A stretch of DNA of 32,000 nt from the NCBI GenBank assembly GCA_002716355.1, contig PBAU01000010.1, positions 1 to 32,000 on the forward strand. The letters are read 5' to 3'. This document shows, in pieces, positions 17,102 through 26,078 of this stretch. A program made the translations under genes and the position numbers. Within the stretch, counting starts at the first letter, position 1. Each line of letters starts with the position of its first letter. Source of the stretch: a bacterium. GTDB taxonomy: Bacteria; UBP7; UBA6624. Under the pieces are notes generated by a model, which was not told the origin of the DNA, searched no databases, and saw only the letters and a program-made list of their open reading frames with translations.

Positions 17102-18184
17102 ATGCAAAACTTAGATTCATTTAAAAAAGATTTAAAAAAATTCACAAAAGAAAAAATCAAAACAAGAGCTGAAAAAAACAATGAATCTGAAAAATATGAC
17201 ACGAAAACCGCAGTAGAAATATGCAAGAAAGGATGGCTTGGCATATCCGCTCCTGAAAAGTATGAAGGTGGTGGCAAGGATCCATTATGGACTTATGAAA
17301 TCATAAGAACATTTTCACAAGAAGATATAACAGCTGCAGCAATCATCACTGGTCAATTCACACTGGTTGCAGAAATATTGATTAACGAATGCCAAGAAGA
17401 TATCAAAAATAATTACGTACCTAGGATATTAAATGGTGAGATTAATGGCTGTTATGCATTGACAGAACCAGATGCTGGATCAAATCCTTCCGAAATGAAA
17501 TCAAGGGTTAAAAAAATAGAAAAAGGCTGGATTTTAAATGGTCAAAAAATGTGGATAACAAATGGAAACATAGCAGATTTAGCAATCGTATACGCCAAAG
17601 AAGACGATGCTGTAAGCTGCTTCTTAGTTGATATGAAATCAAAAGGAATATCAAAAACAAAAATACATGGAAAAATGGGATTTAAGTCAAGCGACACTGC
17701 AGAGATATCATTTGAGAACGTATTTATACCTGATCAAAATCGCATAGGCAAGAAAGGGAAAGGTTTAAGTGTTGCATTTAAAGCTTTAGATAATGGGAGG
17801 CTTGGTATATCAGTTATGGCATTGGGTGCAATTGAAGGCATACAAAAAAGATTAATTGAAATCGCAAAAAACAAACCAAGTCAAAAAAATATAGAAGATG
17901 TAGCCAAGGTGGAAGTGATAATCGAATCATGTAAATCACTAATATCAAAAGCAATAGATCTGAAATCAAATAAAAAAAATTTCACCAAATACGCATCTAT
18001 GGCAAAACTTAAATCAACAGAGGGAGCAACAAAAGCAGCAAATATGCTGACTGACAAATCAAGAGATAAGTTTGCAAATAGAGTTTGGAGGGATGTCAGA
18101 GTCATGGAGCTTTTTGAAGGAACTAGCGAAATTCAAAAACTTATAATTGGAAACATGATAACCGGGTTCAAAGCATTTAACTAA
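17102..18184 (+). CDS. Acyl-CoA dehydrogenase family protein, divergent C-terminal domain
   Basis: ALTEPDAGSNPS, WITNG and ELFEGTSEIQ (catalytic Glu position). The ATG at 17102 lies 4 nt after the lyase stop. An in-frame TTG at 17081 is an alternative start. Confidence 0.85.
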   Translation: MQNLDSFKKDLKKFTKEKIKTRAEKNNESEKYDTKTAVEICKKGWLGISAPEKYEGGGKDPLWTYEIIRTFSQEDITAAAIITGQFTLVAEILINECQEDIKNNYVPRILNGEINGCYALTEPDAGSNPSEMKSRVKKIEKGWILNGQKMWITNGNIADLAIVYAKEDDAVSCFLVDMKSKGISKTKIHGKMGFKSSDTAEISFENVFIPDQNRIGKKGKGLSVAFKALDNGRLGISVMALGAIEGIQKRLIEIAKNKPSQKNIEDVAKVEVIIESCKSLISKAIDLKSNKKNFTKYASMAKLKSTEGATKAANMLTDKSRDKFANRVWRDVRVMELFEGTSEIQKLIIGNMITGFKAFN

Positions 18185-19393
18185 TTGAAAAAAAACCAAT
18201 TTTACGAAGATTCATTTTCTATTCCTTATGTCAGAATATTAAACAGCATACTAGCATTCTTGCTTAAGAATAAAGCAAAAGTTAAAAAAATAGAATTTTC
18301 AGAAAGGGACAAAAAAAAACTAAAAAAAACTTTATCAAATGGAGCCCTGATCGCCTGCAATCACCCTACAGATTTTGACCCCCCTTCCCTATACTGCGCA
18401 TTGAGAAAACTAAATCTGGAATTCAGGATAATGACTGCAAGAGATGTAATGTCTAGAACCCCATATATTTTTAGAAAATTAATACAAATGGGTGGCTGCT
18501 TTTCAATAGACAGAACTAAACTTGATAGAAAATCCTTATCAAGGTCAATTGAAATCCTTTCCAGCAAAAAAAATTTGATTGTTTTTCCAGAAGGGAGAAC
18601 ACATGGACAAGGCAACAGAATTCTTGAATACCAGCCAGGCCCAATAAAAATTGCAACGCTTTCTTCCAGAAAAACAAAATCATCTATAAAAATTTTACCA
18701 ATTGCGATTTATTATTCAATAATTGGTGACAAAGATAAAATAATCCAAAAACGATTAGAGGAACTTGAAAAAATACTCAAAATTAAAGCCGATAAAGGAA
18801 ACGACATAGACCTTCGAATTAGCCAAATTGTGCATTTGACAATTAGAAAACTTGAAAAACAAGAAGGGTACGAGGAGCCAGAAAAAAAATACAAAAAATC
18901 TACAGCCAGATGGGAATGGCTAACTTCAAGGATTCAAAAACTGTGTGAAACCTCTATAAAAAATATTGAGATCAAGCTAAAAATAAGACTACTTGAAAAA
19001 GATACGCTTTCTAGCAGGGTGCAGAAAGCAAGAGAAGCAAACGATCTAACAAAAAACAAAAAAGAAAAAAATGCAAATACAAAAAAGATATTGATGCTCC
19101 ATTCATTATCATCCTTGAATTTCAAAAACTGGAAAGAATCACATGAATCAATTGAGGAAATATTGGCAATTTTTTCAAAAGAGATACATAGGCTTATGGA
19201 TAAAAAACATGTTATAAAAACTGAAAAAAAATGTCACTTTAAACTGGGTAAAATCATTGAAGTCAAAAATTTAAAACACTCTACTCCAAGCTCATCTAAA
19301 GAGCATGAAAAAAAATTATTAAACCTGCTCTGGAAATCAACTTGGCAACCTTTAAACGAACTTAAACAGGAGAACAGTACAATTATCAAATGA
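18185..19393 (+). CDS. PlsC/LPLAT-type acyltransferase with a Lys/Glu-rich C-terminal region of about 200 aa
   Basis: HX4D motif NHPTDFD, FPEGRT block and PIAIYY block. The TTG start comes immediately after the ACAD stop. The stop overlaps the next ATG (ATGA). Confidence 0.8.
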   Translation: MKKNQFYEDSFSIPYVRILNSILAFLLKNKAKVKKIEFSERDKKKLKKTLSNGALIACNHPTDFDPPSLYCALRKLNLEFRIMTARDVMSRTPYIFRKLIQMGGCFSIDRTKLDRKSLSRSIEILSSKKNLIVFPEGRTHGQGNRILEYQPGPIKIATLSSRKTKSSIKILPIAIYYSIIGDKDKIIQKRLEELEKILKIKADKGNDIDLRISQIVHLTIRKLEKQEGYEEPEKKYKKSTARWEWLTSRIQKLCETSIKNIEIKLKIRLLEKDTLSSRVQKAREANDLTKNKKEKNANTKKILMLHSLSSLNFKNWKESHESIEEILAIFSKEIHRLMDKKHVIKTEKKCHFKLGKIIEVKNLKHSTPSSSKEHEKKLLNLLWKSTWQPLNELKQENSTIIK

Positions 19394-21072
19394 TGGTTTG
19401 GATAAAAAAAATATTATCAAAAATTCTTTCATTCTCTTTAAAGCCTGAAAATAGCGATCATCTGGCACACCTTTTTGTCATTTCTTGGAAAAAAAACTTT
19501 AAAAAAACTGCAATAACAGAAAACAAAGATGGAAAATGGATCAATATTTCATATGGCGAATTAGGCTTGGCGGTTCATAAGGTTGCAGGATGGCTTAAAA
19601 ACCAAATAGGAAAATCAGAAAAAAGAATTGGCATTTTTCTTCCAAATTCAGCTGGTTTTGTCGTATCTTTTTTCTCATGTCAAATATTAGGCAAAACAGC
19701 AGTTCCTTTAAATTATGCGCTTTCCCCAAAAGAAGTAAAAGATGTTATAAACGATGCTCAAATAAAAACATTACTTACATTTCAAGCACCTGAAGGCAGA
19801 GCAACAAAAATATTCGGCAATACCTTGGACTACCTTCAAAAAGAGATAGATGATTTAAAAATACTAAAATTAAACAAACCTAAAAATCAAAAAGAAATCC
19901 AGAGGTCAAGTTTTCTAAAAAGCCTCCCAAAGCCAAATCCTGAAGACATATCTTGTTACATATACACTTCCGGCTCAACTGGAAAACCTAAAGGCGTAAT
20001 GCTTTCACATGGAAATTTATCTAGCAACCTTTCAGACTTTTGGAAAGTATTAGGAGATACAGAAAATCACACAATAAGCGGAGTCTTACCTCTTTTCCAT
20101 TCTTTTGGATTGACAGCAGGAATGCTTGCTGGAATGCTTTCTGGTGGTAGATTTGTTCCTGTGCCAGCATTTCAACCAAAAATAGTTCTTGACATAATCA
20201 AGTCTCAAAAAATAACCGTTCTTGAACTTGTTCCATCAATGTATAACTCTTTAATAAACGCTGCAAATAGATTAAAGAATCCTGAAAAAGACTTATCTTC
20301 AATACAGTTAGCTGTAGCTGGAGGAGCACCTCTGCCAAGAGAGGTAATTGAAAGATTTGAAAAAATTACAAAAATTCCAATATATGAAGGGTATGGAGCA
20401 AGTGAAACTAGTCCGGTAATTTCATTTAACAGGCCAGGGAAACCTCCAGTTTTTGGAACATGTGGTATTGCTTTTCCAAGTGTAAAAATTCAACTCAGAG
20501 ATGAAAATGGAGATGAAATTACAACTGCGTTAAGCCCTGAAGATAATTCCAAATCACCAATCAAACCAAAAGAAAATGCTGAAGGTGAAATATGGATCAA
20601 AGGACCAAATGTTTTCAAAGGCTACCATGGAAAAGAAAAAGAAACAAATGAAGTATTGATCAATGGGTGGTATCGAACAGGAGATATAGGAAAATTTGAC
20701 AAAAGGGGAAATCTAACAATTTGTGGAAGAGCAAAACACATGATCATAGTTGCTGGAGAAAATGTTTATCCAGCGGAAATTGAAGATGCCGTTATGAAGC
20801 ATCCAGAAGTTAAATCAGTTGTAGCCATTGGAATACCAGATAAAAAAACTGGAGAAAAAATAAAAGCATTCGTAGAGTTAGAAAACCAGAAAGACAACCA
20901 AGAAATAAAAAATAAAATTATTTCTTTCCTGAATCAAACAAAACTACTAGCAACATACAAAATGCCAAAAGAGATAGAAGTTGTCAAGGAAATCCCCATG
21001 CTGCCAACAGGAAAACCTGACATTCCTGCAATTAAGGGCGAAAGAGATCCTATAAAAAACAAAAACTTATAA
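19390..21072 (+). CDS. ANL-superfamily acyl-AMP-forming ligase (acyl-CoA or acyl-ACP synthetase, Aas-like)
   Basis: YIYTSGSTGKPKGVMLSH, GYGASETSP, YRTGDIG, and LPTGKPD (A10 Lys). AVPLNYALSPKE...AQIKTLLT resembles my memory of the E. coli Aas MLNYTAG...AEIKTIFT region. Confidence 0.88.
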   Translation: MMVWIKKILSKILSFSLKPENSDHLAHLFVISWKKNFKKTAITENKDGKWINISYGELGLAVHKVAGWLKNQIGKSEKRIGIFLPNSAGFVVSFFSCQILGKTAVPLNYALSPKEVKDVINDAQIKTLLTFQAPEGRATKIFGNTLDYLQKEIDDLKILKLNKPKNQKEIQRSSFLKSLPKPNPEDISCYIYTSGSTGKPKGVMLSHGNLSSNLSDFWKVLGDTENHTISGVLPLFHSFGLTAGMLAGMLSGGRFVPVPAFQPKIVLDIIKSQKITVLELVPSMYNSLINAANRLKNPEKDLSSIQLAVAGGAPLPREVIERFEKITKIPIYEGYGASETSPVISFNRPGKPPVFGTCGIAFPSVKIQLRDENGDEITTALSPEDNSKSPIKPKENAEGEIWIKGPNVFKGYHGKEKETNEVLINGWYRTGDIGKFDKRGNLTICGRAKHMIIVAGENVYPAEIEDAVMKHPEVKSVVAIGIPDKKTGEKIKAFVELENQKDNQEIKNKIISFLNQTKLLATYKMPKEIEVVKEIPMLPTGKPDIPAIKGERDPIKNKNL

Positions 21073-21074
21073 AC

Positions 21075-21206
21075 ATGAAAGAATTCTTTAAAAGAATCAT
21101 CAATCTGTTTAAACCCTTTTCATCAAATTTTGAAAAAGAGCTTAAACAAGAAATGGAAAAAGAAAAAAAAGAACAACTAAAAAGAGACAGGTTTAGAAAA
21201 AACTAA
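21075..21206 (+). CDS. Possible 43-aa basic small protein ([43 protein letters not shown])
   Basis: An ATG-to-TAA ORF fills the only sizeable gap between the convergent operons. Its stop overlaps the etfA stop. It is below the ORF-track length cutoff and no homolog is recognisable. Confidence 0.25.
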   Translation: MKEFFKRIINLFKPFSSNFEKELKQEMEKEKKEQLKRDRFRKN

Positions 21207-22084
21207 ACGCTAACCCACTTTTCAAGCACCTCTTTCCAGTCAGCAACAATTCCATAATCACATATATCAAATATCGGAGCATTTCTATCAGTGTTTATCG
21301 CAACTATCACAGAGGAATTCTGTATTCCTGCTCTATGCTGAACAGCTCCTGATATCCCAAAGGCAACATAAAGTTTAGGACTTACTGACTTTCCAGTTTG
21401 ACCAATCTGATGTGAATAATCAATCCAACCCATGTCAACAACAGCTCTTGAAGCCCCAACTGCTGCATCAAGCTTTCCTGCAAGCTTCTTCAGTGATTCA
21501 AAACCTTCTGGACCTTGTATACCTCTTCCTCCTGAAACAACCACATCTGCAGATGTTACATCCTTGTTCTCATCGCTACTTTCTACTGATTCAAGAATTT
21601 CAAATGAAACTGAATCCTGCCCATCAAGAGAGACCACTGAAGGATTTTTTGCTTCCCTAGCGCTTGAGTCAATTGCCTTGGAATTAAATTGAACACAACC
21701 GGAAGAAATCTTTGATGTATAAAGAACCTTTCCACCAAAACCGTATTTCTGCAAAACAATATCGCTATCATCCTTACAGTAATCAAAACCATGACAGCCC
21801 CAAACTACAGGCTCATAAGCACTAACAGAAAAAGAAGCCAATATTTCGCCAGTAAAACCATCATCCAAGCCAACAATAACAACCTGTTCATCAAAATGAT
21901 CAGACAGTCTCCTTCCTGATTTAATAGAGTTATTTGAATCTACATGTATCAAATCTTCAACACCGAAGAAATCAAAATCACATTTTTCACCTATCCAAAT
22001 AGCACCATCTGCTGAAATCTGATTTGACAATTTTGCACAAAGATCTTTATCACTGTGAGTATGAGCTAATATAAAAATCTTCAT
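21203..22084 (-). CDS. etfA: Electron transfer flavoprotein alpha (large) subunit
   Basis: C-terminal FAD domain motifs [43 protein letters not shown] and VAINTD. Confidence 0.9.
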   Translation of the reverse strand: MKIFILAHTHSDKDLCAKLSNQISADGAIWIGEKCDFDFFGVEDLIHVDSNNSIKSGRRLSDHFDEQVVIVGLDDGFTGEILASFSVSAYEPVVWGCHGFDYCKDDSDIVLQKYGFGGKVLYTSKISSGCVQFNSKAIDSSAREAKNPSVVSLDGQDSVSFEILESVESSDENKDVTSADVVVSGGRGIQGPEGFESLKKLAGKLDAAVGASRAVVDMGWIDYSHQIGQTGKSVSPKLYVAFGISGAVQHRAGIQNSSVIVAINTDRNAPIFDICDYGIVADWKEVLEKWVSV

Positions 22085-22842
22085 CAGAAACCCTCCTTTT
22101 TCAACTCTGCATGAAAGTCAGAAAAGGACTCAATGCCTTCCCATATTTTATTTTTTCTCTCTTTTTTAACATTTTCAACATTAACAACCTCACATCTCTG
22201 ATCAAACTCAAGGGCTTTTTGGTTAATGTCTAAATCTGAAATGGCTAATTTTTCAGGCTGAGGCGCTGACAAAACAGCCATTACATCTGGTATCCTAGGT
22301 TCAGCAACAGTTTTATAAACCGACAAAACAGATGGGTTTTTTACTTTTGCTTTTGTTTTTTTCCCTTGATAGTTAAAAACAACAATTGGCTCAGATGAAA
22401 AATCCTCAACTGAAGAAACTTGATTTAAACAATCCCATCCCAAAAGAGACGCAATTGCAGAAGGCAACAATCCACCCTTTCCATCAGCAGCTGATGCACC
22501 GCATATAACCATTCCAGCATTAACCTTTTTTGCTAATGCAGCAAAAACATTAGCTGTAGCAACTAAATCAGCACCATTTAATGAATCATCAAAAATATGG
22601 CAACAAGAAGCACAACCCATTGCACCAAGTTCAGACAACATTTCAGAAGCCGACTCAGGACCCATTGTCGCAAGGACAACCTCACCAGAAACAGATTCAG
22701 CTATTTGGATTGCAAGCTCAACAGCAGATTCATCATCAGGATTAACAGTTTTTGGAACACTTTCTCTATTAACTATGCCATTTTTACCAAAAGTTAAATC
22801 GGTAGTAGCAGGGACTTGTTTTGCTAAAACTAATATTTTCAT
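22084..22842 (-). CDS. etfB: Electron transfer flavoprotein beta (small) subunit
   Basis: [11 protein letters not shown] and [11 protein letters not shown] match the EtfB N-terminal pattern. 1-nt overlap with etfA and ATGA overlap with the ACAD. The central [10 protein letters not shown] region diverges from the usual D.D..QVG motif. Confidence 0.85.
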   Translation of the reverse strand: MKILVLAKQVPATTDLTFGKNGIVNRESVPKTVNPDDESAVELAIQIAESVSGEVVLATMGPESASEMLSELGAMGCASCCHIFDDSLNGADLVATANVFAALAKKVNAGMVICGASAADGKGGLLPSAIASLLGWDCLNQVSSVEDFSSEPIVVFNYQGKKTKAKVKNPSVLSVYKTVAEPRIPDVMAVLSAPQPEKLAISDLDINQKALEFDQRCEVVNVENVKKERKNKIWEGIESFSDFHAELKKEGF

Positions 22843-24083
22843 TTTTTCACCTCATTTAATAATTCTTCAGGTATCCATTGATCTATTGTTGGTATGAAGG
22901 AATCAAGAAATTTGAGAGACGTAGCCTCACGTGCAACATGCCTGCTAACAACAAGTCTTTGGATTTGATTTGTTCCTTCGTAAATTTGAGTGATCTTTGC
23001 ATCTCTCATATACTTTTCAACTGGATAATCTTTCATAAAACCATATCCACCAAAAATCTGAACAGCTTCTGTTGTAACCCACATCGCTGTATCAGTTGCA
23101 AAAAGCTTACCCTGGGCAGCCATCTTGTTTGCCTTAGCCTTCAATGATGGATCTTTATCAGCAGCGTCAATCATTCTTGCAGATTCATAAACTAACTGCC
23201 TTGCTGCTTCAATTCTTGTAGACATATCAGCTAGAAGAAATCCTATTGATTGGTGATTTTGTATAGGTTGACCAAATTGTCTTCTTCTGGAAGCAAACCT
23301 AGAAGCATATTCAAATGCTCCTTGAGCACAGCCTAAAGCTTGAGCTGCAACACCAGGTCTTGCATGGTCAAGAGTCTCCATTGCAATCTTAAAACCTTTA
23401 CCTTCAGAATCGCCTAAAAGATTCCATTTTGGAACGGCACAATCTCTAAAATAGAGCTCTCTTACAGGAACACACCTAATCCCCATCTTGTCTTCTTCTT
23501 TTCCTAGCTCAAAACCGTCTGTTCCCTTTTCTACAACTACTGCTGAAATGGCAGAGGGTTTTCCAACCTGGCTTGGATTAGTGACTCCAAAAACTGAATA
23601 ATAATGTGCCACTCCACCATTTGTATTCCACTTTTTATCACCATTAATCACATACTCATCATCATTTTTAGAGATAAGAGTTTTTAAATCTGAAGCATTT
23701 GATCCAGCCATTTTTTCAGACAAAGCAAAAGAGATCAACCTTTCACCATTTGCAATTTCAGGTAACCACTTTTGCTTCTGCTCCTCTCTTCCCCCTAAAA
23801 TTATTGGGTAGGAGCCTAGAGCATTTACTGCAAACATAACACCTACTCCACCACATGCTCTAGATAATTCCTCAACAACCAAGCAAAGATTCAAGCTTCC
23901 AAGGCCATTGCCTCCATACTCTTTAGGTATCCAAGTTTTTAGCAAACCACTTTCTGCAAGAGCTTCTTTAACTTTCCATGGATACTCCTGTTTCCTGTCG
24001 TGCTCAGAAGCTAAAGGCCTTACAACGTTTTCTGCAACATGTTTCGCCTTTTCTTTAATTTCAAAATTTACACTATCTAACAT
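22839..24083 (-). CDS. Acyl-CoA dehydrogenase (canonical, short/medium-chain-like) with a C-terminal tail of about 30 aa
   Basis: ALSEKMAGSNAS, KWNTNG, RRQFGQPI, IFGGYGF and QIYEGTNQIQ. The start lies 1 nt after the fabF stop. Confidence 0.92.
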   Translation of the reverse strand: MLDSVNFEIKEKAKHVAENVVRPLASEHDRKQEYPWKVKEALAESGLLKTWIPKEYGGNGLGSLNLCLVVEELSRACGGVGVMFAVNALGSYPIILGGREEQKQKWLPEIANGERLISFALSEKMAGSNASDLKTLISKNDDEYVINGDKKWNTNGGVAHYYSVFGVTNPSQVGKPSAISAVVVEKGTDGFELGKEEDKMGIRCVPVRELYFRDCAVPKWNLLGDSEGKGFKIAMETLDHARPGVAAQALGCAQGAFEYASRFASRRRQFGQPIQNHQSIGFLLADMSTRIEAARQLVYESARMIDAADKDPSLKAKANKMAAQGKLFATDTAMWVTTEAVQIFGGYGFMKDYPVEKYMRDAKITQIYEGTNQIQRLVVSRHVAREATSLKFLDSFIPTIDQWIPEELLNEVKK

Positions 24084-24084
24084 A

Positions 24085-25320
24085 TCAAGATCTCCTTAAA
24101 ACTAAACAGGCATTATGCCCTCCAAATGCAAAAGAATTTGACATTGACACATTAACAACCGAATCCCTCGCATCATTAGGAGTATAGTCTAAATCACAAT
24201 CAGGATCATTCGTGTTGTAATTTATCGTTGGAGGCACAATATTTTCTCTCATTGAAACAACACAAGCAGCGCACTCTATTGCACCAGCAGCACCTAACAA
24301 ATGACCATGCATACCTTTTGTGCTTGAAATGTTCAATTTGCCAACATCTGAACCAAAAGTTAATTTAATTGCATTCGTTTCCATCAAGTCATTAAATTTT
24401 GTAGAAGTTCCATGAGCGTTAAGGTAATCAACTTCAGAAACAGGAATCTGAGCATCCCTTAAAGCAAATTCCATAGCCTTTGACGGGGATTCTCCGTTTA
24501 AGTTTGGTGATGTTATGTGGTAAGCGTCACTCGTGACAGCATAACCAGCAACCTCAGCTAAAGGAACACCTCCTCTCTTTTTTAAACTTTGCTCACTTTC
24601 AAGAATAAAAGCGACAGAACCCTCTCCCATTACAAAACCGCTTCTGTCCATGTCAAATGGTCGACTCGCTTCAGATGGATTATCATTAAAATTGCATGCC
24701 AATGCTTTCATGTTTGAAAAACCAGCTAAGGAAGTTGGTGCTATAGCTCCTTCGGCTCCTCCGGTAACCATTACATCCATAATTCCATTTCTAATCAAAT
24801 GAAAAGCTTCTCCTATTGCTATTGTTCCAGTAGCACAAGCTGCAACTGGAGCCGTCGAATAACCTTTTAATCCATATTTAATTGATATCCATCCAGGAGC
24901 TATATTGCATATATTTTTTGGGATGTAAAAAGGACTTATAAACCTGGGGCCCTTTTTAAAATATTTATCAAATTGAGTATGATGCTCCCACATTCCGCCT
25001 ATTCCGCTACTTAAATTAACGCCTACCCTATAAGGATCTATTTCTTCAAAATTGATATCTGAATTTTCTACAGCCTCCTGAGCTGCTGCCATTGAAAACT
25101 GTGTAAACCTATCCATTTGCCTTGAATCTTTTGGATTGATATGCTCTGTAGGGTCCCAATTAGGAACCTCACAAGCAACCTGGCATTTGTGATTGGCAAC
25201 ATCAAATAAAGAAATATTTCTAACAGTAGATTCACCTTTTAGCAAACCTTTCTGCAGGCTTGAAAAGCCATTACCAAACGGTGTCACTGCACCAATACCT
25301 GTAATAAAAACCCTTGTCAT
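24085..25320 (-). CDS. fabF: 3-oxoacyl-ACP synthase II
   Basis: Active-site ACATG, HGTSTKFND and GHLLGAAG. About 410 aa. ATGA overlap with fabG. Confidence 0.93.
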   Translation of the reverse strand: MTRVFITGIGAVTPFGNGFSSLQKGLLKGESTVRNISLFDVANHKCQVACEVPNWDPTEHINPKDSRQMDRFTQFSMAAAQEAVENSDINFEEIDPYRVGVNLSSGIGGMWEHHTQFDKYFKKGPRFISPFYIPKNICNIAPGWISIKYGLKGYSTAPVAACATGTIAIGEAFHLIRNGIMDVMVTGGAEGAIAPTSLAGFSNMKALACNFNDNPSEASRPFDMDRSGFVMGEGSVAFILESEQSLKKRGGVPLAEVAGYAVTSDAYHITSPNLNGESPSKAMEFALRDAQIPVSEVDYLNAHGTSTKFNDLMETNAIKLTFGSDVGKLNISSTKGMHGHLLGAAGAIECAACVVSMRENIVPPTINYNTNDPDCDLDYTPNDARDSVVNVSMSNSFAFGGHNACLVLRRS

Positions 25321-26072
25321 GAAACGTCCATACCTCCATTAACTTTTAAAATTTGGCCAGTTACATAAGAAGACTGATCAGAAGACAGAAAAGCAACTGC
25401 AGAGGCAACATCTTCAGGTTGGCCAAATTTCTTCATAGGTATAACACTTAAATAAAACTCCCTCATACTTTTGTTTATATCCTTAGACATATCAGTATCA
25501 ATCAAACCAGGACTAACACAATTGACTGTCACATTCCTATCTGCAAACTCTCTTGACATAACTCGCATCAAGCCTTCAATTCCAGATTTGCTTGCTGCAT
25601 AATTGGATTGTCCAGGCCCTCCAACTGAAGCTGAAACACTTGAGATAAACACAATTCTTCCAAACCTTTTCTTAAGCATTTTTTTTACAGCAATCCTAGA
25701 GCAATAAAATGCACTATTCAAATTTACATCTATAACTTTGTTCCAGCTATCATTTTTCATCATTGATGCAGGTGCATCTTGCCTAATTCCACAACAATGT
25801 ACAAAAATATCAATTCCTGAAAGGAAACTTAAAGATTCTTTCATGAAGCGATCACATTCATCTTGGGAAGAAAGATCAGCGCATAAAGCTTTCACCTTTG
25901 AATTACCAAGAGAAAATTCCGATTCTACAGATTCTGCCAGGTCATGATCACTTCTGTAACCTAAAACTATATTAGAAGAATAGGATGAAAATAATTTTGC
26001 AACTGAATAACCTATGCCTCTTATCCCTCCTGTGATAACAATATTCTTACCTGAAAAATCAAAATTCAACAC
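25317..26072 (-). CDS. fabG: 3-oxoacyl-ACP reductase
   Basis: TGGIRGIG, the NYAASKSG catalytic motif and VNCVSPGLIDTDM. Confidence 0.9.
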   Translation of the reverse strand: MLNFDFSGKNIVITGGIRGIGYSVAKLFSSYSSNIVLGYRSDHDLAESVESEFSLGNSKVKALCADLSSQDECDRFMKESLSFLSGIDIFVHCCGIRQDAPASMMKNDSWNKVIDVNLNSAFYCSRIAVKKMLKKRFGRIVFISSVSASVGGPGQSNYAASKSGIEGLMRVMSREFADRNVTVNCVSPGLIDTDMSKDINKSMREFYLSVIPMKKFGQPEDVASAVAFLSSDQSSYVTGQILKVNGGMDVS

Positions 26073-26078
26073 AAACGA

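Noticed and set aside
18185-19393. Frequent A7-A9 homopolymer runs as phase-variation (slipped-strand) switches
   Set aside because: They coincide with in-frame AAA lysine codons in Lys-rich segments of an AT-rich genome. The ORF is intact and there is no evidence of frameshifted copies.
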